A stretch of 62,491 nt of DNA, counting the filler, from Aduncisulcus paluster (taxonomy: Eukaryota): NCBI GenBank assembly GCA_024181965.1. It is 8 parts of 8 records of this genome, joined end to end, with 100 filler letters (N's around TTAATTAATTAA, not from the genome) between each part and the next. Parts side by side here need not be neighbours in the genome. Positions count along the whole stretch, not along the records: positions 37,240 to 49,160 come from BQXS01010929.1; positions 49,261 to 55,071 come from BQXS01010930.1; 6 more parts are not named here. One strand, 5' to 3'. Shown here in pieces: positions 42,009 through 52,200 of this stretch (positions within the stretch are counted from its first letter, which is position 1; every line of letters starts with the position of its first letter). The translations under genes were made by a program, and so were the position numbers. The notes beneath the pieces were generated by a model. That model was not told the DNA's origin. It searched no databases and saw only the letters and a list, made by a program, of their open reading frames with translations.

Positions 42009-42779
42009 TCTAATTCCCTTTTTGTATCCTATTATCAAGTCGATGATTGGTGGAAGATATTGTACTATTCCCGAATCTTTTAGAGGTAAATGATATTGAT
42101 TCAATATTAACACAGCAATATGAATGTTTCTAACCTTATATAAGATAATGGATCTAGTATAGTATAGTATATTCATTGATACAATCAATTTGATATGAAA
42201 TATCTGTATTAAATTGAATTGGAGGAAGTTTGGAGATATAGGTTATAGTTCCGTTTTAAACTAAGTTTTACTTACCGTTATATCCAGGTTACCTCTTCCG
42301 AAGAGTTTTGACAGTCAAATCCAGAGGTGAAATCCGAACCTAGTTCATTTTCAGCCACATTTAAAACAAATGTTACATCAAAGATGAAGGCCAAAAACAA
42401 CTTGTTAGCTTTGAAAGCTAGTGAGGAACTTCCTCATTCTGCTCAACAACTTTTAATTCTCCAATAAGATCCAGGATGTTTATTGACTCATATTGTTTGT
42501 GAATTGGACAACATTCAAAAATCATTAAATGAATGACATCTTCAAGATGAAAATAGTTTTTTTTTTGTTTTCTGGAATTTTCTGTACTAACAGGGGTAAT
42601 ATAGTCATAATAAAATTATTCTGATCTGTACATATATTTTATTATAGTTGTGGCTCGAGACTTCTATATCCTCAACTCAGAATTTCAAAATGGCAATTTG
42701 GAGCCATTTAAGAAATCTTTTGTGGATTTTGTTTAATTTTCATTGTCAAAGTCTTTTAACTAATTGAAATATTTACTAA

Positions 42780-43424
42780 ATGTCAGGATCAATGCTAGGA
42801 TCTTCTATTGGATCACCACTTTCACCCAAACAATCAATATCCGATTCTAATTTGATGTTTCGACAACTCCAACAGTATGAAAAAGAGGCTGAAGCTCTCA
42901 CTTCTCAGGTTAAAAAAATCCAACGCTTTTTAACCGACTCAAAAGATATCATTACCACAAAATCTGAGCAGATTATCCGCCTAAGAAGCAAAAATGCAGA
43001 AATCGCCAGCAGTTTAAAGTCTAGAATAGAAGAAAACAAAAGAATGGAAGAAAAAGTTGAAAAGGAAGAACTGAGACTAGAAGGAATTCGTAAGAATTAT
43101 CACGATCTTAAAACTGCATATTCTCAACAATCTCAAGAATTTTCAAGAGCTCAAGATGCCCTTAGTCTTCGTAGAAGATCCTTAAGCGAAATAGAAACAG
43201 TGTGTGTGGAATTGGATACCAAGATGAAGGGAGTTTTGAAGCATCGGTCAAAAACACGTAAGGAAATTGATGAAACAAAGAAACTTCTTCATTCATATTC
43301 CAAAAAGAATGTAGATCTTGAAGATGCGATGAAATCTTGTCTTGAAGAAGTTCACAAGTCCCTAGCTGAGAAACCTGCCTTGTCCGTTACTCTAGTTGAT
43401 AGTGTTGATCTTAGTGAGAAGTGA
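42780..43424 (+). CDS. Coiled-coil hypothetical protein
   Basis: 214-aa ORF, almost entirely heptad-like. Confidence 0.75.
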   Translation: MSGSMLGSSIGSPLSPKQSISDSNLMFRQLQQYEKEAEALTSQVKKIQRFLTDSKDIITTKSEQIIRLRSKNAEIASSLKSRIEENKRMEEKVEKEELRLEGIRKNYHDLKTAYSQQSQEFSRAQDALSLRRRSLSEIETVCVELDTKMKGVLKHRSKTRKEIDETKKLLHSYSKKNVDLEDAMKSCLEEVHKSLAEKPALSVTLVDSVDLSEK

Positions 43425-43898
43425 TTTTATAGAAATAAATGTTGTACTTATGATTTTATTGTTTACTAATTGTTTTATGCCTCTCTCAGAAAAAATCAAT
43501 AATTTTCCTTTCTTCCTGTAAAGAATCAAATTCAAGTTAATAATAGTATGAATCAGGTATGAATCTAGTTGTAGATCAAATGTAAATTCCCAAGTATGCT
43601 AAATAACTTTCCAATTCATTGTTATTGAACAGGTCTTTGTTCCAGAGTTTTTTTCTGGATTTATATTGTTTCCTTTTTACAATTTAGGAAATTTATCGAT
43701 TTTTGTGGAATAAAATAGTTCAAAAATAGACCTTTATTTCAATTGGAAAGGGACCAATCACTCATTGTTCAGAGACAATAACAGAACAAGTTCGTGCAAA
43801 ACAAGCCAAGCACAATATCTCCCTTTTGCATCACATTTGGTGTTAAAATCCTTCATTGTATATTGTTTTAACTTTCTACTGTATAGTTATTCAAAATA

Positions 43899-46800
43899 AT
43901 GAGCAAATTCTTCCGTAATTGTTATTCTTATGGCGAAAAGGATTTTTCAGCTCCATTTGTGTTTGATTCCAAAGATTCTCATTCTGTAAATTATCTTTCT
44001 ACAATTCATATTGATGCTAAAAATGATATTCCTTGTCTCATTAAAGTATTTCCACAAATTCGTCGAGTTTCAATTGATACAATTGATTTTATCGATTTCA
44101 TTAAGGCTTTTGTTGAATCAACCCAGGTTAAGGATTCAAAGTATCTCTATTCTTCCACATACGCTGATGAGGAAGACGAAAAAGGCCACAAGTATGGAAA
44201 AAAGAGATCCTTCTTTTCAAGAATTGTTAACATGATTGTCAGACCTTTCGGTGTTTTTATTGGACGAATTGATGGAAGATTTTACTATGGAATTGTGTAT
44301 CCACAAGTGGCTTCACCCTTCGCGGATATGTCTAGCTATATTCAAACATTGGAAAGTATTGACCCTGTTCAGGGCTTTAAAGGCGTTCTTACCGTTCCCA
44401 GGATGGTTATTATTCTTGCTCATAAAGTATTTCCACAAATTCGTCGAGTTTCAATTGATACAATTGATTTTATCGATTTCATTAAGGCTTTTGTTGAATC
44501 AACCCAGGTTAAGGATTCAAAGTATCTCTATTCTTCCACATACGCTGATGAGGAAGACGAAAAAGGCCACAAGTATGGAAAAAAGAGATCCTTCTTTTCA
44601 AGAATTGTTAACATGATTGTCAGACCTTTCGGTGTTTTTATTGGACGAATTGATGGAAGATTTTACTATGGAATTGTGTATCCACAAGTGGCTTCACCCT
44701 TCGCGGATATGTCTAGCTATATTCAAACATTGGAAAGTATTGACCCTGTTCAGGGCTTTAAAGGCGTTCTTACCGTTCCCAGGATGGTTATTATTCTTGC
44801 TCATCAGTTTATTCAACTATCTCAGAAAATGTTCACGAAAAAGAATTCTTACCATGCGATTGCAAAGACTCTTAACGTATTTGATATTAAACTTGCTATT
44901 CACACTGGAATAATCCCAACTCTGAAGAAACTGGCCACATTCACCCGGAATGAAATAGAGGATGCAACCAACTATCCTGTTCTCCCCATTAAGATCGATT
45001 TTCCTGTCCATGCTGTCTTTTCTTCCATTGCTGAGAATCCCATTGAAGCTCAATTCAATACATACACCCAGCTTGCTTCTATTGAGTCGGTTTCTTCCTT
45101 GATTAAACGTAAGGGTCGTGGCGTCCTCAAATTGCTAAGTACTTGTGGAATTCCCGAGCTTTCTGTTGGAGAAACGACTGTAAAAGTCATTGATGACGAT
45201 GATATTATTCCTCCACCTGCTCTTCCCCCCTCTGTCATAACTAAAGAAATTGGATCCCGTATTGTTGTCCAAGCTATCGCTTCCCACCCAAAAGGCGACG
45301 ATCTTGGAGTCCCATTCGGTGTGTCCACTGTTCTGTTTGAGATGGCATCCATCCTTGCCCTTTATGGAGGAGAAGAATACGTCAAGCAACTTAAGTTCGA
45401 AGCCTTCACCATGCCTCAACAAACTGTTACTTCGAACATTAGGACCGTCAATTCACTCCAAGGGGCCTACAAATGTTCTCTACACAATGCCTCGATCATC
45501 CTTTCTCGTGTCATTAGTTTTGGTGGTGTTTGTAGTCGCCTCCGTGCCGCCAAACAGGGACCTTCTGTGGCCGAGTTCCGTTCCTCTATTTCTAAGCTGC
45601 AAAGAGCCCGTTCCCAGGGTGAGAAGAAAAGATTATCCGCTGCCACTTCTATTGGTCTCCCCATTGATTCTCCTGTCTGCAGGGCATTCATAGTCAATGG
45701 AATTGGGCAGATTGACGGTTATGGCGATGATATTGAGCTGCTGTATGCCTTCACTACACTCTTGTATCTCACTTCCCTCGAATATTGGCTTATAGTCAAA
45801 TCAAAAGTGGAATACAATATTGAAGATGGGAAAGGAGTGGAGCTCGTGTTGGATAATCTCTCTGATGACATTTCTTTCTCAATGAGATCAATGTACCTCG
45901 CTCGTGCACGTGACCCATCATTAGTTACCTTGCCCTGCTCTGCTAACTCTGAGGAGAAGGAGGAAGGAAAGCCTCACTCTCTTGCCGTGTTGCGGAGAGA
46001 TTTCAAGAAGTTCCAAGCTATTCCAGCGCGTATGTGTAATTTGGTCAGTGGCAGGTGCTGTGGGGTTGAGTCGTTAAATTACTTCACTCATTTCGTCGGT
46101 GATATCTCCCTATTGAATCCCTTCAATGTGCTTAATTCTGTGTTGAGTCAATTCTTGGGTCCACGTCTCAGTCACCCTATTAATAATCGGTGGAACTCTA
46201 GAGTCAATTTTTCAAGAGGAAAAAGCACGGATGTAATCATTAACCAATATATTCTACCATCTCCATTCTCTCCCGAATCTTTGTTGAGCTCTATGCCCAA
46301 TGGGCCAAAGAGGTTCAGGTGGTTTGCTTCCATGTTTGTACTTCTCAACAATCTCCACTCTTGTCTAAGCCATTCTGTGTTCCCTGATATCAAATTCGAA
46401 TGGCCCGCTGATGCTGTCTCCTGTAAGGATGTGTCAGAGAATTGTGCTCTCAAATGCGCTTTGGAGATTGCTCGCCTTGCACAGAATGATGTTGTCAATT
46501 CCACCTATAAGGAAGAGAAGATGGATAAGTATTACGGGGACCAGATCATTGCCCTTGCTCTTGCAGTCGTTCTTGATATTCTCTATGTTGCTAAGGAACC
46601 CTATGTCTTTTTACATGGCCTTATGCTCCTAAAGGATTGGAATGCCCTTGAGACTGTGACCTTGGATGGTAAGCTTGAGAGTATCCTTGCCGCTAAAGAA
46701 AAAGTCAAAGAGGGGAAACGACTCGGAGTTAAGAAGGAGTCAGATCTGGAGGAAGAAGATGAGGGAGAGAAAGAGCAGGAAGATGAAAATGAGGAGAAAT

Positions 46801-48668
46801 GTGATTTGGAAAAGGTGTCCGCTGATGTTTCTTCCATTGTTGTCTCCTCTCCTCCTTGTCCAACCTCAATCAAATCCTTCATGTACAATTTCTATAACCT
46901 CCACTCTTCTGTCTCTTCAAATGAGACTAAGTCTCTCTCCAAGGATGAAGAGGAAGAGGAAGAGGGAGAGGAAGGGAAAGAGGAAGTTTCTCCCACATCC
47001 GCACCAACCAAAGATTCCTCCTCCATTCCAACCCTTCAAGAAGCCCTCTCTATCCTCTCTCCTTTCCTCTCTGCAGTGCATGTTCATTTGTTCTCCATAA
47101 TTCACTATATTCTTGGTGGAGTTGCGAGTGTCCAGACCACTGTCGAGGAATCCATTGATCTCCGGTCTCTCTTCAGCAATCCGTTTGACGATACTGAGGG
47201 ATCAGTGGAATCAGAGGAATCTGAGGGAGATGATTCCTCTGATTCAAGTTCGTCTGACTTTGGACTTGCGAATTGGAATATTTCTGAAGGTGTTCAGAAG
47301 ATCCAAAAAGATGTCGTGGTGTCAAAAGACGATGCCAAAGAGACCAAGGGTGATGGATCTGAAGATGAACAAGCCGGTGAGAAGAAGAAGAAGACCATGA
47401 GTGTGTTGTTTAATAGAAGTGTCAAGGACTTCTACGTGGGTGATATCTATTTACAAATTCCTACCCATTTGGTGTCTATTCCTCCAATGTTCGCCAAAAA
47501 TCTTGAAGAAGGCCAAATCAAGAAACCAAAAGGTCTCTTTATTCCAGTTAACAGCTGTGTCGATCTTTCTCAACTGTTTTTCAGAGATTTTAGTTTTGTT
47601 TCTCAAATTCTATCTATGATCCGTGAGATTCTCTGTTTTTATGATCTTCTTTCAAATACTGGTAATCTTCACGGTGATCCCTGTGTCTCATCTGACTTTT
47701 CTTCTCAACTCCTTTCGTTCTCGTTCTTGTATTCAATGACTAGCTCTTTCAGTGATGTTTCCCATGTCACCCAGAAGGCTATGAGTGGTTATGGTGACGA
47801 TGAGGAAACCTCTGACAGCTCAAGTATGGAGCTTGGCCTTGGGAATCTCTTTATGTCTGAAGGGGAAGCTGAAGAAAAGCGTATTGAAATTGAAAAAGAG
47901 AGAGAATTAAACGCCTTAAAAAAAGAAGAAGAAGAAAAGAAGAAGAAAGAAGAAGAAAAACAAATTGGAGTTGATGAGGAAGTTGAGGAGGAGGAAGAAG
48001 AAGTTATTCCTGATCTTTTGACTCTTGCTCCTCCGATGTGCAAGTCGCCAGCAGATGTTATATTATTTGCTCACGAGAAGTTTGCTCATCTTCGAATCTA
48101 TTTCTCCACTGTCTTGCTTACCTTCAAAGAAACAGAATTCTCTCCAGAAACTCTTCCTCTTCTTGTTCGTAAAGCCTTTGCCGCTGCTCTCCTCCTGTTG
48201 AACCATCCAGATATTTCCCATCCCCTGTCAAATTATCGCGGTCACCCTGTCTCCATGAACACACTCGCCACTGTGTATCTCGATGAGTTAGCTGGCTATT
48301 TGCTCTATTTCAAGATCATTTGCTCCGAAATTAGACGTAAATGGGATATCATAAAATATGTTACCAGTGCATCCAGTCGTATTGCTTACAAATCATTCTT
48401 GCCCAATGCTAAAGTGTTAACATTCGCAAGGAATGTTATTGCTGTTGTTAAGGAGGTTGCTGATGAGTTCATGGAAATGTTGGATGATTCAATAACTCCT
48501 CCAATCTTTTTCCAATCCATTTATGAGAAATTGGATGCGAAAGATTCTCTAAAAGAAGAAGTTAAGAAGACAACTGAAGTTAAAACTACTGAAATAGAAG
48601 AAACTCCAAAGGAAGAAGAAGATGAAGAAAGCACTGATTTTGATTTTGGTGCCGTTTTGTTCGGGTAA
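43899..48668 (+). CDS. Large orphan protein (1589 aa): pseudokinase-like N-terminus, helical body, acidic tracts
   Basis: Uninterrupted ORF; no family recognised confidently; see findings. Confidence 0.85.
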   Translation: MSKFFRNCYSYGEKDFSAPFVFDSKDSHSVNYLSTIHIDAKNDIPCLIKVFPQIRRVSIDTIDFIDFIKAFVESTQVKDSKYLYSSTYADEEDEKGHKYGKKRSFFSRIVNMIVRPFGVFIGRIDGRFYYGIVYPQVASPFADMSSYIQTLESIDPVQGFKGVLTVPRMVIILAHKVFPQIRRVSIDTIDFIDFIKAFVESTQVKDSKYLYSSTYADEEDEKGHKYGKKRSFFSRIVNMIVRPFGVFIGRIDGRFYYGIVYPQVASPFADMSSYIQTLESIDPVQGFKGVLTVPRMVIILAHQFIQLSQKMFTKKNSYHAIAKTLNVFDIKLAIHTGIIPTLKKLATFTRNEIEDATNYPVLPIKIDFPVHAVFSSIAENPIEAQFNTYTQLASIESVSSLIKRKGRGVLKLLSTCGIPELSVGETTVKVIDDDDIIPPPALPPSVITKEIGSRIVVQAIASHPKGDDLGVPFGVSTVLFEMASILALYGGEEYVKQLKFEAFTMPQQTVTSNIRTVNSLQGAYKCSLHNASIILSRVISFGGVCSRLRAAKQGPSVAEFRSSISKLQRARSQGEKKRLSAATSIGLPIDSPVCRAFIVNGIGQIDGYGDDIELLYAFTTLLYLTSLEYWLIVKSKVEYNIEDGKGVELVLDNLSDDISFSMRSMYLARARDPSLVTLPCSANSEEKEEGKPHSLAVLRRDFKKFQAIPARMCNLVSGRCCGVESLNYFTHFVGDISLLNPFNVLNSVLSQFLGPRLSHPINNRWNSRVNFSRGKSTDVIINQYILPSPFSPESLLSSMPNGPKRFRWFASMFVLLNNLHSCLSHSVFPDIKFEWPADAVSCKDVSENCALKCALEIARLAQNDVVNSTYKEEKMDKYYGDQIIALALAVVLDILYVAKEPYVFLHGLMLLKDWNALETVTLDGKLESILAAKEKVKEGKRLGVKKESDLEEEDEGEKEQEDENEEKCDLEKVSADVSSIVVSSPPCPTSIKSFMYNFYNLHSSVSSNETKSLSKDEEEEEEGEEGKEEVSPTSAPTKDSSSIPTLQEALSILSPFLSAVHVHLFSIIHYILGGVASVQTTVEESIDLRSLFSNPFDDTEGSVESEESEGDDSSDSSSSDFGLANWNISEGVQKIQKDVVVSKDDAKETKGDGSEDEQAGEKKKKTMSVLFNRSVKDFYVGDIYLQIPTHLVSIPPMFAKNLEEGQIKKPKGLFIPVNSCVDLSQLFFRDFSFVSQILSMIREILCFYDLLSNTGNLHGDPCVSSDFSSQLLSFSFLYSMTSSFSDVSHVTQKAMSGYGDDEETSDSSSMELGLGNLFMSEGEAEEKRIEIEKERELNALKKEEEEKKKKEEEKQIGVDEEVEEEEEEVIPDLLTLAPPMCKSPADVILFAHEKFAHLRIYFSTVLLTFKETEFSPETLPLLVRKAFAAALLLLNHPDISHPLSNYRGHPVSMNTLATVYLDELAGYLLYFKIICSEIRRKWDIIKYVTSASSRIAYKSFLPNAKVLTFARNVIAVVKEVADEFMEMLDDSITPPIFFQSIYEKLDAKDSLKEEVKKTTEVKTTEIEETPKEEEDEESTDFDFGAVLFG
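44042..44803 (+). repeat. Exact 381-bp in-frame tandem duplication (127 aa)
   Basis: 44042-44422 repeats at 44423-44803; KVFPQIRR...MVIILAH occurs twice in the translation. Confidence 0.95.
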
Positions 48669-49160
48669 TTTGATTCTTGAATTATTTTCTCGGAGAATAA
48701 TTCGATGCGAATTCGTGTGCGAGGGAATAAAAAGATATGCAATAAATTATTTCATAATCCTTTACATTTTAGTATTCAACTGATTTCATTTTTTCTATGA
48801 CACTAACAAGCTCAGTGAACTTCAGTTGAACAGGCAGCTAACACAAACAACGTTTTCCTGTGAAATTAGAAATCTTAAGTCTTTTTTAAAGATAATTTTT
48901 TTGATTTTTATTGAAAACTTTCAATTTATTTCTTATTTTTTGATTTTTAAGGCTGGATTTAGTCGAAAAAACTAATCTTACATTAATTCAATAGTTGATG
49001 ATAATTTTGTAGCTCTCATATTCTATATCAAATATATTAGTTCTTTTAATTAATAATTATAAATTATAATCGATGAGTATTGCAGCAAAAGGGAAGATTG
49101 AAGGTTTCCCTTTTTTCGTTGATTATTTTCGTGCAAAAACTGGATTATCTCAAGAACAGG

Positions 49161-49260
49161 NNNNNNNNNNNNNNNNNNNNNNNNNNNNNNNNNNNNNNNN
49201 NNNNTTAATTAATTAANNNNNNNNNNNNNNNNNNNNNNNNNNNNNNNNNNNNNNNNNNNN
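49161..49260. other. Artificial contig-joining spacer
   Basis: N44-TTAATTAATTAA-N44. Confidence 0.97.
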
Positions 49261-52200
49261 ACTCTGCGTCATTTCGTCAGTGAATCACGTGTCAGGGTCC
49301 TGTTGGGCGAATATAAAGACTTCATTGCCAGTAAGGTTATGATGCTCATTCAAGCCAAAGAGTATTATGTTAAAGAAGTACTCAAGCGTGTATCTGAGAG
49401 AAGTATTGGTGATCTCAAGCATACGATGCGAGTATTGATTGAAACTGGAAGGAAATGTGGCTGTCGTGTTGTCAAGAATTTCAGTGAAGAACCATCTCTC
49501 TCCTCCGTGGTTGAGATCATTTCCCTTTTACTCCGTCAGATTACCCCAGTTGGCATGGTTAAGAACTTAACACCTTATGAACGTAGACTTGTCGAGAGTT
49601 CCTTTGATGAGCTAGTCTTTAGACGCAAGAGTAAGTTGTCTATGGGTGGACTTACGGGTTGGATGGAGAGAGAACGTACTGTATGCATGGTTGAATCCTC
49701 TGGAGATAACCTCTGTGTTGGTGGCATTGGTCCAGTCAAGACAGAAAAGGATGAACACGGGCACGATATATGTCTGGAACGCTTTGGAACCAAGAAAATG
49801 TCACAAATCGATCTTGAAGCCAGTGAAGAGCATTCTACTTCTTCTACACGTGAGGCCAGAGCACCCAAAATGTTTGAATCTGCATCCACTTTGGCCGTAT
49901 CTTCCAAAAAACGCAAGACAAGTTCCAAATCTTCTTTATCTGCCTCTCGAAGTTTTATATCAGACAAGGATTCAACTGCAAAGGAGTCATCTTCTCTCAA
50001 GCAAGATGGTGGTTTGGACACTCAGTCTTCTTTAAGTACACGTGCTAAAGTCAATATATCCAGTTCCATCCCAACCCTAACCCTGACATCTCTTGAATAT
50101 CTCGATAATGATCCATATTTCCCTCTATTAAAGCTTCGTGCAGAGATTGCCGATGTACGCTCCACTCTCGAGAAACAGAACGGAAGGAAGAAAGTTGACG
50201 GGACTCTTGAAACGAGGCTCATCAAGCTTGAGACTGAGGAGACTGAGCTTGTCAAACGTTTGTCAACTTGGGAACGTGAGCTATTGTTCATTCAGCGTGA
50301 GGAACGTGAAGAATTGATTGATCGTATCTTCGGTATATCCCAAGTATGGATCCTCACATGTCGTCATGTTATCAGTGGTTACATTGACAGTGCAAGGGAT
50401 GTCCTGATTGCCGAGACAGTTGATCACATTGTTGGTCAAGGAAGAGAGAGTGTTGGCGGAGGTGTGAGTGTTCAATCGAGTATTCTTGAACTCTTGTCAT
50501 TCATGCCCCACACCTTATCTGATCACTCGAGAGTCCTGAGGAAGCTTGGTGCTCAATGTATCGCTCTGTTGTTCCAAGCCGTCATGTCTACATCATCCCT
50601 TTCATTCGTTGGTGGAAGAAGAAAGAGACAGCGTGGATCTATAACAACGGGTTCAAACCCTTCTCCTAATTATTCTGCATCATCAAAGAGAGAGAGACAT
50701 CAACAGAGTGGTGCACGTGGATCTGGTGCTGCTGGAGCTTATTCTGATACTCCACCCTCAACTAGGAGTGGCGGCATGACTATGTCTTCTTCAACAAGCT
50801 CGTTGCATTCACAGACACCTGCAAAACTCCTGATGCGTACAGTATTTAGAGTTTTCTCTCCTTACACTGTCGATGAGCCATGTGATGGTGATCTCGAGTT
50901 TGACGTTCTCAAATCGCCTGGGTTGGCTGAGTTTTTCATGGTTGAACCCACTGTGAGCCTTATCGTTCGTCTTCTCTCTTCCCTCGAGGATATGTGTGTA
51001 CTTTCCACGGGGATCAGCAAAGGAGAGGCTGGAATTGTTGATCAGACTCATTGCGAGAGTGATAGAGAACTTTTGTACATGCCTCCAAATGCTTTCACTG
51101 TTGCTTACCCTGTCTTGAGCTTCCTTGCTGCAAATAAGGACACTCCAAACTATTCTCCTTCGCCTCTGACCCGTAGACGTGCTGTTCGTATTATTGCACA
51201 ACAGATTATTGCGCAAAACAATGCTATTAATATCGTTGATCGTAGAAGATTCTCAAGTTTACCTTTATACCAAGTGATGGATCTGTTTCTCTCCAACGTT
51301 CTTGGTGTCCTTCCACAAGAGAACCTTCTCTCTCACACAGTCTTGCGTGTGATATCCCAACTCTACCCTGCATCTCTAATGTCTCAGTATCGAACAATGG
51401 AGTGTGTTGCAAGGGGTTTGACATCTCCCATCGTTGAAGTCCGCACAACTGCTCTTCTAATTATTCGGACAATGCAACAATGTCAAAGCATTTCTCTATT
51501 GCCTTCCAGTGGAATATTGGAGACATCTGAGTTTGCTGCAAGGCTATTGTTGCTGACGTATGACCTTGACCTTGATGTTTTCTCAAGAGGTGAAGCTAAT
51601 GATCTATTTATGGCTTACACTGAAGGTATTGTCGTGTCAACATCGGTGTGTGAATCATTAAAACCGTTTATGGAGTTTGTTCTTCGTGATTCATTTGTAT
51701 GGTGCCGTGGAGCTTCTGTACGGTTGTTTTGCCGAGTTGTGGAGGATGTTATTGGAATGCTTATCAGAGAAAAAGAGAGAACGGATGTATTCTATCATGA
51801 TTCTCTCTTGTGTGAGGTTGTTGATATGCTTTTGATGCTGTATGCTCGTGTTGATAACTTCCAGATGTCTCCTGCACAACGTTACTCTTCACTCAACCCT
51901 ACGATCATCGAGAGCATGGTTCCTTTCTTCTCTAATGATACCAGAGAGATGTTACTCAGATGTATCGGCGGTATTGCTTCAATTCTATGTGTGTCTTCAA
52001 GCTCCTTCAATGATTATGTTGTCCCCACGGCTCCCACTGTGTCCTCTGACGTTGTTTCTGATTCAGACAAGAAGAAAGAAGCGAAGAAAGTCTCCCTCAT
52101 CCAACGTATCCTTCATTTCTTGCTCGCTGTCCCACTCAGATCCAACTCTGAGAACGTCCAGATTGCCGCTGTCATGTGTGGATCTTCTCTTGTCGAGAGT

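Noticed and set aside
42269..42300. TACTTACC as a U1 snRNA 5' end
   Set aside because: No U1-70K or U1A loop sequences and no suitably placed Sm site downstream.
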